Of a DNA stretch of 46,383 nucleotides, positions 26,444 through 35,648 are shown piece by piece (the stretch's first letter is position 1; every line of letters begins with the position of its first letter). Source of the DNA: an uncultured virus (IMG/VR IMGVR_UViG_3300014205_009245) (taxonomy: Duplodnaviria > Heunggongvirae > Uroviricota > Caudoviricetes); the IMG/VR virus record IMGVR_UViG_3300014205_009245. The stretch is one strand, 5' to 3'. Position numbers and translations under genes: made by a program. Below the pieces are notes generated by a model. It made no database searches, was not told where the DNA came from, and saw only the letters and a list, made by a program, of their open reading frames with translations.

Positions 26444-27019
26444 TTATATTAGATCCCCTGCGCCCACTCTTTTAATTTCTGATTCTGGATTAATCTGAAT
26501 TTTTTTGTGTTTTCTGTCTATAACATCTTTTTTCCATTGGACCCCTTCGTTTTCTTTTATTTCGTATTCTGGTGGTGTTTCTGGAACGTCTCCTCTGTTC
26601 TCTATATCAAGTCCGGTTCTAAACTTAGCATACTCTGCCTTCTCATTAGAAAGAGTTTGAAAAGGTTTAACATCCGGATCTTGGTTTTTCATGGTTTCAT
26701 CAACACTAGATTGTATTGCTGCCGACAATCGATGATCTTGTATAACAGGGGTTCTCAAACCCGCCACTGCTGCCGGATTTGATGTCAAAGACGATGAGAT
26801 CATAGAAAATACCTTCCTGTAAGCATCTGCCATGTCTAATAGCATATTGCCATCAATGGTAGTTGGATCGGGGCGATTTTGCGGATCATCCGCTATTTTT
26901 TGAAATTGAACAAATTTGTTGCCGAGATACTCTACAATAACAAAATCCCATTTGTCCCCATCTGGACTGGAATATTCAAACTCATGTTTCACAAATTTAG
27001 ACTTCTCTTTGATGGACAT
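26444..27019 (-). CDS. Hypothetical protein
   Basis: 191 aa, AGGAG RBS. Confidence 0.72.
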   Translation of the reverse strand: MSIKEKSKFVKHEFEYSSPDGDKWDFVIVEYLGNKFVQFQKIADDPQNRPDPTTIDGNMLLDMADAYRKVFSMISSSLTSNPAAVAGLRTPVIQDHRLSAAIQSSVDETMKNQDPDVKPFQTLSNEKAEYAKFRTGLDIENRGDVPETPPEYEIKENEGVQWKKDVIDRKHKKIQINPESEIKRVGAGDLI

Positions 27020-27431
27020 CTTCTGTCTCCTTGTTTATATCAGACAATCTTTTCATATCATCATCATCGTATTTTTGTAATTTATCATTACGAATAATTC
27101 CAGATTGATACATTCTCAGCCAAAAATCAAAACCCTGCTGATCATCTATTAAATAATTACTAATTAATGGTAGATTCCATCCATTGATTTCACACCACTC
27201 TCTAATGCGGCGCAAGTCACTATCCGGAGCATCGATTATTATTGGATGATCTGTATTCATTATCATAACCGTACCATTTTCCCACAGATGCAAAACGTAA
27301 TTCCCGATTATATCCGACTCTATTACTGTAGCATTTGTCTCTAGCATCCACTGTGGAGCATTCATGATTTCTTTTATTAAAAGATAATTTCCATGTCCTT
27401 CAATAACAGTTGGATCACTAAACTCAATCAT
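26997..27431 (-). CDS. Hypothetical protein
   Basis: 144 aa, ATGA overlap. Confidence 0.7.
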   Translation of the reverse strand: MIEFSDPTVIEGHGNYLLIKEIMNAPQWMLETNATVIESDIIGNYVLHLWENGTVMIMNTDHPIIIDAPDSDLRRIREWCEINGWNLPLISNYLIDDQQGFDFWLRMYQSGIIRNDKLQKYDDDDMKRLSDINKETEDVHQREV

Positions 27432-28159
27432 ACTATCGACTTCTCAAGCTCCCAGTCCTGTGGAGACATTTTTATACACGGATCATTATTGACCGTCAAA
27501 AACCACGTTTCGGATATTGTTTTAAAATCATCTTCGAACTGCTCTACGACGTATTCTTTGTTTGGGTCGTTGCTACAACGCAGAACATATGATGGGTGAT
27601 AAGTAGCAAAAGACCATGCTTTATATTCGGGTAAAAACTTCCAAGCACCACGATTAGACGTAATTCCGGAATCCCCTCTAACATATTCTAGAGACTTAGA
27701 CCCAAGTGTAATAATAACCTTGGGATTCAACATTTTGATTTCTTTACGCAGCCACTTGGTTGCACAGAAGTTTACCAATTCTCGTCCTTTGACTGTATAT
27801 TTGGCTCCACATCTAATTTCGAAGCATTCAGAGATACGCGGAAATTCATTATTTTCCGGCCTACATGCCATAACATTTGTAATTAAACAAGTCTTCCGGT
27901 TAAAAGTTTTTGAGTACTTACGGAGTTCCTCCCTTAGTCGCTGTCCGGCACGACCTATGAATGGCCTAACAGCATCGCTTTCATCCTTGCCGGGGCATTC
28001 GCCTACTATAACAAAAATTGGGTTATTCCCATTGCCCTCTGAGATGACAGGCTGTTTTGCACAATCAAATATTTGGCAACACTGACATTTGAGTTTCTCT
28101 TCGCAGAATTTATAATACTCATCTGACGGGTTGTTAATATTTCTGCGGATATAGTCCAT
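27428..28159 (-). CDS. Uracil-DNA glycosylase family 4
   Basis: C..C...C, VGECPG..E..PFIGRAG, TNVMACRP and TYHPSY motifs. Confidence 0.9.
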   Translation of the reverse strand: MDYIRRNINNPSDEYYKFCEEKLKCQCCQIFDCAKQPVISEGNGNNPIFVIVGECPGKDESDAVRPFIGRAGQRLREELRKYSKTFNRKTCLITNVMACRPENNEFPRISECFEIRCGAKYTVKGRELVNFCATKWLRKEIKMLNPKVIITLGSKSLEYVRGDSGITSNRGAWKFLPEYKAWSFATYHPSYVLRCSNDPNKEYVVEQFEDDFKTISETWFLTVNNDPCIKMSPQDWELEKSIV

Positions 28160-28165
28160 GCCATA

Positions 28166-28462
28166 TTATACTTCGGAGTTTTCCTGAAAACAATAGTGTT
28201 CCTTTTGCTCTGATGAGAAATAATCTACCATTGACCTACACCAAGGTAGCGCCATTTTTGTACCTAACTCCAGAAATGCCTGCTGTGCCTCTTTCATTGA
28301 CTGAAATCTATGGGTTTTTCCTGTTATATGGTGATACTCATATATTATTGGAGATGAAATATACAAGGACCACAACCCATCAGTGGGCCTGTGAAATATG
28401 GTTGCCAATACAACATTATTATGTTTTAATTCCCATTTTCTATCTTTTATTTTCATCCACAT
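28166..28462 (-). CDS. Hypothetical protein
   Basis: ATG 28462 behind GGAG. Confidence 0.6.
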   Translation of the reverse strand: MWMKIKDRKWELKHNNVVLATIFHRPTDGLWSLYISSPIIYEYHHITGKTHRFQSMKEAQQAFLELGTKMALPWCRSMVDYFSSEQKEHYCFQENSEV

Positions 28463-28463
28463 T

Positions 28464-29342
28464 TTATACTCCAAAAATATCCCCAACCTGGTATCCGTTC
28501 TTCGCTTTAATGCGACGGTGTTTACCCTTAACAAGTAGAATCTCCGTGGCCGATGTTTTTTTGTCAGATTTAGCTAGGTGTTTTTTAACTGCTAGTCTAA
28601 TATCCCTACATCCAGATTCGATATATTTTCTAACCACATCTGTATCATGGTTTTCATCGTCGCCGCCATAATAACTCACAGCATATGATCCTCGAATCTG
28701 CTGTAATGCCTTGAACATTTCAATATGATCAAACCCGTGGTCTTTGTTAACATCATAATATGATTTTTCCACCCCCTCATATGGAGGATCTAAATAAAAT
28801 ACTGTCCTTTCACTATCCCATTTATCAAGGATTTGTTTATAGTCCAAGCATTCTAAATATACTGATTTCCATTTCTTTGCAGTTTCAACTATTATATCAG
28901 GCATTTGATCCCAGGTTTTGTAATTAATCTCCCCATCTTTGGTTATACTCCAGGGTTTGGACATTGTGGCACCAAAGCTCTGGCGGTTGGCGATTACGAA
29001 AATTCTTGCCCTTTCAATGTCATCAAGCAACCGGTATTGAGAGCTGCTCAAAATACCTATTGCAGCATTGAATTCTTTACGACTATAGGGTGTTGATAAT
29101 ATTTGATATGCCAATTTTAGCGGATTATCCCGTAGTACTTTGAACAAATTGTAAATCTTGTCGTCAAGATCATTAAACACAAACCTCATATCCTGACGAG
29201 GAACGTTTTGGAACCTACTCATTACAGAATCCAAAACAACACCAGATCCTCCGAAAACATCCACAAAAATATTTCCGGATGGAATATTGTCACAAATCCA
29301 ATCAGTGATTTTGTATTTACCTCCTACACGTTTTATAATCAT
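28464..29342 (-). CDS. Dam/D12-class DNA adenine methyltransferase
   Basis: GGKY, VDVFGGSG, FNDLD and FYLDPPY motifs. Start reassigned to ATG 29342. Confidence 0.9.
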   Translation of the reverse strand: MIIKRVGGKYKITDWICDNIPSGNIFVDVFGGSGVVLDSVMSRFQNVPRQDMRFVFNDLDDKIYNLFKVLRDNPLKLAYQILSTPYSRKEFNAAIGILSSSQYRLLDDIERARIFVIANRQSFGATMSKPWSITKDGEINYKTWDQMPDIIVETAKKWKSVYLECLDYKQILDKWDSERTVFYLDPPYEGVEKSYYDVNKDHGFDHIEMFKALQQIRGSYAVSYYGGDDENHDTDVVRKYIESGCRDIRLAVKKHLAKSDKKTSATEILLVKGKHRRIKAKNGYQVGDIFGV

Positions 29343-29913
29343 ACGGAACTTTCTCTGGCTGCTTGAATTTGATCCATTTCTCATCGACAAACTTATATAA
29401 TGACAAGTATTTATAAGGAATGCACATAAAAGTGTCGTTACCCCTGTCTTTTACTTTTCCGTCCGGGTCCACTTGCTTGCACTTTCTGCAATGTAACCAG
29501 CATCCATTTTTGTTCTTATCAAATCCCATCCCGTAAAACGCCAACTGTGTTGTTATATATATTTCCTTTTCATCACTACAAACCATGCAATGGACAAATA
29601 ATTTTTCTCCACTCCCTGGAATATAATCCATTTTTCTTGCTGGAATCTGGATATATCCATCGTTTTCTATTTTGCTCCAGTTTCTTTTGTTTTTCATTTC
29701 TGCTTCTATATAAACTTGGCGATTATTTTTGATAGCCAAAATATCTGGCTGCTGGCAGTCGATCAAATCGTTGTCCTTAACATCCCATCCATAAGATTCC
29801 GCGAATCGTCTTACAACAGACCGTGCTTTATGGTCGTATTTGTCATACGAATCCTTATCGAACTTACTTCTGGTAATGCCATATTTCGTATAATTATCTA
29901 TCTTCTGGCACAT
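29317..29913 (-). CDS. PD-(D/E)XK endonuclease-like protein
   Basis: QPDILA...YIEAEMK motif. Start reassigned to ATG 29913. Confidence 0.6.
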   Translation of the reverse strand: MCQKIDNYTKYGITRSKFDKDSYDKYDHKARSVVRRFAESYGWDVKDNDLIDCQQPDILAIKNNRQVYIEAEMKNKRNWSKIENDGYIQIPARKMDYIPGSGEKLFVHCMVCSDEKEIYITTQLAFYGMGFDKNKNGCWLHCRKCKQVDPDGKVKDRGNDTFMCIPYKYLSLYKFVDEKWIKFKQPEKVPYDYKTCRR

Positions 29914-30505
29914 AGTTAGATTTCTTTTCGCGATAGAACTTCTGTTGCTTCTTATATAACACGGACGGGAGATTAATAAGCGTTTGAGATACTTCATCAA
30001 ATTTAAATTCTCTAACATCGCTGTCTATTACAGAAAACAGTTTGTCTATCAGATTTTGCTCTTCTGGATCGTTTTTTACTCCGTCTAAATAAGATCGGCA
30101 CAAATTACTAATCGAAAGTAGAGTTTCTGGCATGCCCATATCCCTGTCTATGTTGCCCGTATGTTTTGATATACGTTCTAATTCTATTTCGATGCTTTCA
30201 TGTATGCCTATTTCCATGCCGTCGCCCAAGATTTCAACGGCGTCTCTAAAAGATATTCCTTCTAATCCAGCAACCAGATTAATTATATTATAGTTTCTCT
30301 GGCATCCGAAGCAATAGAATTTTTCAAATTCATCATTAGTCCAAACCACAAAAGATGGCTTGTTTTCTTTATGGTCTGGAAATGGGCACAAATATTGTAG
30401 TTTTCCGCCGCTAAGTGACTTATATGGCTGATGACCTCTTTTCTCTAGATACTCAACTATCGATTTCTTTTTAAGGATCGCATGTATTAGAGATTGTTCA
30501 CTCAT
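29894..30505 (-). CDS. Primase CHC2 zinc-binding domain protein
   Basis: CPFPDHKENKPSF...FYCFGC...ISFRDAVEIL, followed by a helical tail. Confidence 0.87.
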   Translation of the reverse strand: MSEQSLIHAILKKKSIVEYLEKRGHQPYKSLSGGKLQYLCPFPDHKENKPSFVVWTNDEFEKFYCFGCQRNYNIINLVAGLEGISFRDAVEILGDGMEIGIHESIEIELERISKHTGNIDRDMGMPETLLSISNLCRSYLDGVKNDPEEQNLIDKLFSVIDSDVREFKFDEVSQTLINLPSVLYKKQQKFYREKKSNYVPEDR

Positions 30506-31128
30506 GGGTTAACTCTCTTCTCGTGTTGCACTATATTATATGACTTCTCAAGATTCCATGTCGAATCACTATAGTCAAAAAACGCACAGGAACCTTTAAG
30601 TTTCCAAAAACCAGATACATAACTCGGGTCTTTGTTCGTAAGTGAATTAAATAAGATTTGGCACAAATGTGGATGAGACACAAATACTATATTCTTATCG
30701 ATATATTTGTCACAATAAGAATCGATACAATTGCGCACTCGTATCCGACATTGTTCAACCGACTCGCCACCCTCTGCACATACTCTCGTATGCGTAAATA
30801 TACTGGATTCTGATTGAATATTTGTTCCGTTAAGAACTCCGAAGCTTCTCTCTTTAAGGTCAGAGCTAATATAAACAGGAATTGATGAACTCGTTCGGGC
30901 TAATACGGGCGAGTCCTCACGTTGCCGCAGATTATGTAGAAGCTTGATTAATCTATCAGCAGGACTAGACACAACTAAATGAATTGTCTCTGTTGACAAG
31001 TGTTTGCCAATAATTATCGATTCTTGTCTCCCGACATCATTCACTGGAACATCAATATCACCTAGCACAATGCTACTATTAAATTGTTCCAAATCGGTAC
31101 TTACATCGTTTAATAATATAATTCTCAT
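30502..31128 (-). CDS. Histidine phosphatase (PGM) fold protein lacking the RHG motif
   Basis: D.P.ND.G..E, VSSP..R, LKERSFG, GGES...R and VSH motifs present. N-terminus reads IILLNDV instead of xxxxRHG. Confidence 0.72.
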   Translation of the reverse strand: MRIILLNDVSTDLEQFNSSIVLGDIDVPVNDVGRQESIIIGKHLSTETIHLVVSSPADRLIKLLHNLRQREDSPVLARTSSSIPVYISSDLKERSFGVLNGTNIQSESSIFTHTRVCAEGGESVEQCRIRVRNCIDSYCDKYIDKNIVFVSHPHLCQILFNSLTNKDPSYVSGFWKLKGSCAFFDYSDSTWNLEKSYNIVQHEKRVNP

Positions 31129-32579
31129 GACAATTCATCATCTAAGTCTAGTATGTTGTTAAAACTTATCTCCTCAGAAGTACCAGATTTTATCTCTGAC
31201 TCCGAAATATCCATTGACGAAACAATATCTATGCCCGTATCAACCAAACTATCCACCGCATATTTGGTACTATATATTCTAAATTTTGTTGGATCTACTT
31301 TTAATTCCTGAGTTTGACCCGACGGACCATGTCTGGCTTTAATGGTATATACTTTTATTCTGTTTATTTCGTTAGGAACTTTCATTAATGCAAATATGGT
31401 ATCGGAATCCGCCGAATATTGATGTGACCCATGTATTGACGTAGAATCAACCGCATCTGATTTGCCCTCACGCAAAGCCTTGATTGCTGCCCGTCCCATT
31501 TGGGCGGCGCTAATAGTATGAAACTTGTGTTTTTTACCAAGAAATCGTAATGATTTGAGTATTTCACCTATTTCTATGTGTTTTTGACCATACAATATAT
31601 CAGATTGCAGATTATCAACGTAATCTATTATTACAACCTTTGGTTTAACAATCATAGCTTTATTTTCTATTTCTCTTTTTAGTGCAGAAACAGTAGTTCG
31701 CTCATCGGCATCCAAAATGTGGAAATATTGCATATACCCGTTCCACATTTCGTGAGAATCTATCAGATGCATATCTTCGGCAGACATTTTTTCTGGATGA
31801 AATAATAAAGAGTTGTCAATCCCGGTTTCATTACATATTATTCTGTTCATTAAATCAAATCGATTCATTTCTAGTGGAACAAATAATACATCGTGTTTTA
31901 ATTTAGCGAGATTTATTGCAATATTAATCATCATATTGCTTTTGTGACCACCAACATCGGCCACGAACAAAGTTAAATGCTGTGGTTTAAATCCAATATT
32001 TACAACATCATCTATTTCTGGTATACCACACCTAATCAACGCAGATGGATTTTCTTTCATTTCGTTTATTTCCTTAATATACTCGGATTTTAAATCTTTA
32101 ACAGATGAGTACACCACTCTTCTTGTCTCGGTTATCCCAAGAGACGTTTGCATTCTATCCATGAGATTTTGAGATGCGGCGAGAAACCCTTTGTCTTTTG
32201 ATTCATCGGCAAATTGCTGGATATATTTTTGTCCATTTCTAGCCATGAACGCTTCTACTAATTGTTTTTTAAGCATCCCCAAATCGTTTGAGTCAGTGTA
32301 TACTCCTACGCTACATTTATCATGAATACTCAATCTTGCAATCGAGTCACCTAAAATATTATCATCTTTCAATTTCTGCCGATATGCGTCTCTTGTCAAT
32401 AGTCTCTTGTGCCCACTTGAATCATACTCATCAAAAATAGCACGGACAAGATATTGATGGATTGGATCAAAAAACTCTGGACCGAATCCGCCTTCAAGCA
32501 TTTCATCTATAGATGGAAGGTTATGTAGCATTAGATGAATTATTTGTCTTTCTATATTTAAATAATTATCCTTTGACAT
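31125..32579 (-). CDS. dnaB: Replicative DnaB-like helicase
   Basis: GIPEID, LEM, IIDY, AQMGR, S..YSADSD and KARHG motifs; variant Walker A ADVGGHKS. Confidence 0.85.
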   Translation of the reverse strand: MSKDNYLNIERQIIHLMLHNLPSIDEMLEGGFGPEFFDPIHQYLVRAIFDEYDSSGHKRLLTRDAYRQKLKDDNILGDSIARLSIHDKCSVGVYTDSNDLGMLKKQLVEAFMARNGQKYIQQFADESKDKGFLAASQNLMDRMQTSLGITETRRVVYSSVKDLKSEYIKEINEMKENPSALIRCGIPEIDDVVNIGFKPQHLTLFVADVGGHKSNMMINIAINLAKLKHDVLFVPLEMNRFDLMNRIICNETGIDNSLLFHPEKMSAEDMHLIDSHEMWNGYMQYFHILDADERTTVSALKREIENKAMIVKPKVVIIDYVDNLQSDILYGQKHIEIGEILKSLRFLGKKHKFHTISAAQMGRAAIKALREGKSDAVDSTSIHGSHQYSADSDTIFALMKVPNEINRIKVYTIKARHGPSGQTQELKVDPTKFRIYSTKYAVDSLVDTGIDIVSSMDISESEIKSGTSEEISFNNILDLDDELS

Positions 32580-33393
32580 CTAATTCTGCCTCTTTCTTGT
32601 GTAAGTCTATAAAAACATTATCAGAGTATACCATCGATCTCAAAATTCCGTTGCCCCAAAATTTAGATATCGTTTGGGATATATACTTGTCTGTGAACTT
32701 GAATGATGATGAACATATAAAAATAGTCGGATGACCAGACATTCGACGGGCTTCAAAAATCATATCCATCGCAATGGCATCAGGAGGTGTGGTATGTCCC
32801 TTTGCAAACGACATGTCCAGTCCATCTAGAACTAAAAATTCTACCTCCGATATTTCATTTAGAAAATCATGATCGACGCCAGACGTGTTATCCCACCTCC
32901 CAGCATGGGCCAATTCTGTACTTTGTGTCCACTTAAATTTAATATTACTCTTATGAATAATAGAGGTGTATATAACTTCTTTTATTATCAGCAGGGCTAT
33001 TAATGATTTTCCTGTGTTTGAACTACCAGAAATGACCACATTCTGACCGGAAGTGATTTTGTTTTGAATTATCAGATTATCTGGTCTGTTTTTGGGGCCA
33101 TCGTAGCAGGCATCCCCAAAACAATATCGCATGGATTTTTCTTTTGCTTGAACAAAGGAGTTTTCTTCTAATATGCCAAATTTTTTCCCTTTGATAGCAC
33201 CTGTAAAATCGTCCCATGTTAAGCACTTTAACGATGGAGGGTCAACTTTGATTTGGTCGTATTCCCACTTAGTAGATGCTATGTGCTGGCACGCACAGCA
33301 TCTCCAAAACCCATCAATATTTATTCTTTTTTCGCCTTTACAGGTTTTACATTTATTTGCAAAATAGTTACAATATTGTTCGTATGATACCAT
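32566..33393 (-). CDS. DnaC/IstB-like AAA+ helicase loader
   Basis: N-terminal CKTC..CCAC, ISGSSNTGKS, LVLDGLD and R...PTIF motifs; directly upstream of dnaB. Confidence 0.68.
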   Translation of the reverse strand: MVSYEQYCNYFANKCKTCKGEKRINIDGFWRCCACQHIASTKWEYDQIKVDPPSLKCLTWDDFTGAIKGKKFGILEENSFVQAKEKSMRYCFGDACYDGPKNRPDNLIIQNKITSGQNVVISGSSNTGKSLIALLIIKEVIYTSIIHKSNIKFKWTQSTELAHAGRWDNTSGVDHDFLNEISEVEFLVLDGLDMSFAKGHTTPPDAIAMDMIFEARRMSGHPTIFICSSSFKFTDKYISQTISKFWGNGILRSMVYSDNVFIDLHKKEAELDVKG

Positions 33394-33414
33394 AGTTGTT
33401 CGCTTATATTTCGA

Positions 33415-35130
33415 TTAGAGATCCTCTGCCGTTAAATCTATTTGTCGGCCAATCTCTTTAGTTGTATATGGTTTATTTTTACCTATCTCATTGGCCAACC
33501 TGGCCCTGCCACCCTTCCCACCTTCTCCCAGCGCCCATGCCCTCATCGCTTCAATTTCCTCGCGCCTAGAATTATACAGCGGCTGAAACTTATGTATTTC
33601 AGAAACTATATCTTCGGTGGTGACCTCTCTGGAATTATCGGCGAATGCCACGAACAAGGCATTGTTAATGCCCTTCTCTAATTCGGCAGGAGAATAATTG
33701 GGTGCAGATTCAGAAATTTTTCCAAGATCAAATTTTTCTGGATCTCTTTTTTTTCTTCTAAGAAGACAGGTCAAAACGTCGATTCTCTGATCTTTATCGG
33801 GTAGATCTAGGAAGAATATTTCATCAAATCTTCCTGCTCTCATAAACTCCGGTGGAATAGATTCCACATTGTTTGCAGTAGCAATAACAAATACGGGATC
33901 AGTTTTTTCTTGCATCCATGTCAATATAGTTCCGAAAACCCTGTTAGTAACACCGCCATCCGTATAATTACTACTTTGAACTCCCCCTAGCCCTTTTTCG
34001 ATTTCGTCGATCCAAAGAAGGCACGGGGATACGGCGGAAGCTATCTGAATAGCGGTGCGAGTATTCATCTCGCTTTCTCCGATATGAGCTGAAAATATAG
34101 ACCCAATATCTAATCGAAGTAATGGCATTTGGTATAAATTAGCGACAGCATCGGCAACCATGCTCTTACCGCTTCCAGGAATTCCAACGAGAAGCACACC
34201 TTTTGGCGAGTCAATGCCAAAAGCCGCAGCATCTTCTTTGAATGCCAAACGCCTGGTAGCCAACCATTCTTTTAAAGACTCCAAACCACCGACCTGATCA
34301 AAGTTAAATTTAGAGTCCCTACACTCTAATATTCCACCCTTACGAATAATCTGTTTTTTCTCATCAAGGATGGTTGGAACATCGAATGTTTTCTTTTTAA
34401 TAAGAGATTTAGCATATGCGTTCTCAGCCTCTGGCAGTGTCAAACCAGCAGTTGCTTTTAAGAGTTCTTCTCGATGATGCTTGGCAGCTAATTTTGCATC
34501 GGGGAAATTAGCGGGAATTTCACTGCATATTTCATCAAACTTAGCTGCAATTTCCACTTGTGATGGTGGAGGAAAATCTATTAGCGTAAACTCTTTATTA
34601 AGTGACGGCGGGCAAATAAATACCGGAGATACGATTATTATGTGCGAAATAGAAGAAAAGGACGCAAATTCTTTGAACTTGCGCTCAATAACTGGTTGCC
34701 CCTCTAGAAAATAATGATAGTCTAGCAAAAGATAAATGTGACCACCACTGCTCTTAATTTGTTGTTTATTGGCCTTTTGTTTATTCATTTTCTCATTATC
34801 GCTCTTGGCCTGCTGAATGATGTAATCAAGAACAGCTTCTTCGCTAGTATTTACCTCATTTCCATCTGATGTGACACTCTCCATTGTGAAGGAATTTAAC
34901 ATTCCTCTGCTGGTATCCCATTGGAACAGATCATAACCTTCGGATTTGGATATAATCTTAAACGTTTCGATAATTCTTTTCTCTTCAGGGGACCTGATAT
35001 ACAGTATTCTATATCGACTCTTGATAAAATGAAATAAATCTCGACCTATATTTCCATCTCCTATTGTCAACAAGTGTTGTCGAAGACTCTTCTGTTCCTC
35101 TTTGGAGATGATGGTTTGTTTTTCTTGCAT
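33415..35130 (-). CDS. Ycf46-like AAA+ ATPase
   Basis: EKKQII, VGGLESLKEWL, GIPGSGKS, WIDEIEK, TWMQEK, ATAN and GRFDEIFF motifs. ATG 35130 behind AGGA. Confidence 0.88.
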   Translation of the reverse strand: MQEKQTIISKEEQKSLRQHLLTIGDGNIGRDLFHFIKSRYRILYIRSPEEKRIIETFKIISKSEGYDLFQWDTSRGMLNSFTMESVTSDGNEVNTSEEAVLDYIIQQAKSDNEKMNKQKANKQQIKSSGGHIYLLLDYHYFLEGQPVIERKFKEFASFSSISHIIIVSPVFICPPSLNKEFTLIDFPPPSQVEIAAKFDEICSEIPANFPDAKLAAKHHREELLKATAGLTLPEAENAYAKSLIKKKTFDVPTILDEKKQIIRKGGILECRDSKFNFDQVGGLESLKEWLATRRLAFKEDAAAFGIDSPKGVLLVGIPGSGKSMVADAVANLYQMPLLRLDIGSIFSAHIGESEMNTRTAIQIASAVSPCLLWIDEIEKGLGGVQSSNYTDGGVTNRVFGTILTWMQEKTDPVFVIATANNVESIPPEFMRAGRFDEIFFLDLPDKDQRIDVLTCLLRRKKRDPEKFDLGKISESAPNYSPAELEKGINNALFVAFADNSREVTTEDIVSEIHKFQPLYNSRREEIEAMRAWALGEGGKGGRARLANEIGKNKPYTTKEIGRQIDLTAEDL

Positions 35131-35147
35131 TTCAATCCTTGCAATTA

Positions 35148-35648
35148 CTAATGTTTGTTTGGATATACAATAACACTGCAACCGTTGTTGCTCTTAGATT
35201 TGGACACGTTATCAATTCTGATCCTTCCTTCAAAACTAGACAATATTTCTTGCAGTTTTATGTCTGCGTTTTCCGGAGAAGATTTTTCCCGACCTTTTAG
35301 ATACACTAATATTTTTACACCATATCCTTTTTCGAGAAACTTTTCAATCTGTTTTACTTTTGTTTGTTGATCGTGCGATTCAATAACTGGTCGGAATTTA
35401 ATTTCCTTTATGGTTTGTGCGCTGTTGTGGTGCCTGTCTTTTTTCTCTTTTTTTCTCTTTTCAAATTCCCATTTTCCCTTGTCCATAATTCGCAGGACTC
35501 GGGTTTCGCCTTTTTTGCTCACTTCAACCAAATCAAGTCCCAATTGATCTGACAGTACTTTTGCCTGTGAATAAGACATGGCCCCCAAATTTAAACCATT
35601 ATGGTCTATAACTAGCACATTATTTTCAATCACTTCGTAACACCTCAT
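35148..35648 (-). CDS. infC: Translation initiation factor IF-3
   Basis: VID.NG.NLG, GLDLVEV, RIMD.GK, KEIKFRP.I..HD, FLEKG..VK and KGRE motifs. Confidence 0.92.
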   Translation of the reverse strand: MRCYEVIENNVLVIDHNGLNLGAMSYSQAKVLSDQLGLDLVEVSKKGETRVLRIMDKGKWEFEKRKKEKKDRHHNSAQTIKEIKFRPVIESHDQQTKVKQIEKFLEKGYGVKILVYLKGREKSSPENADIKLQEILSSFEGRIRIDNVSKSKSNNGCSVIVYPNKH

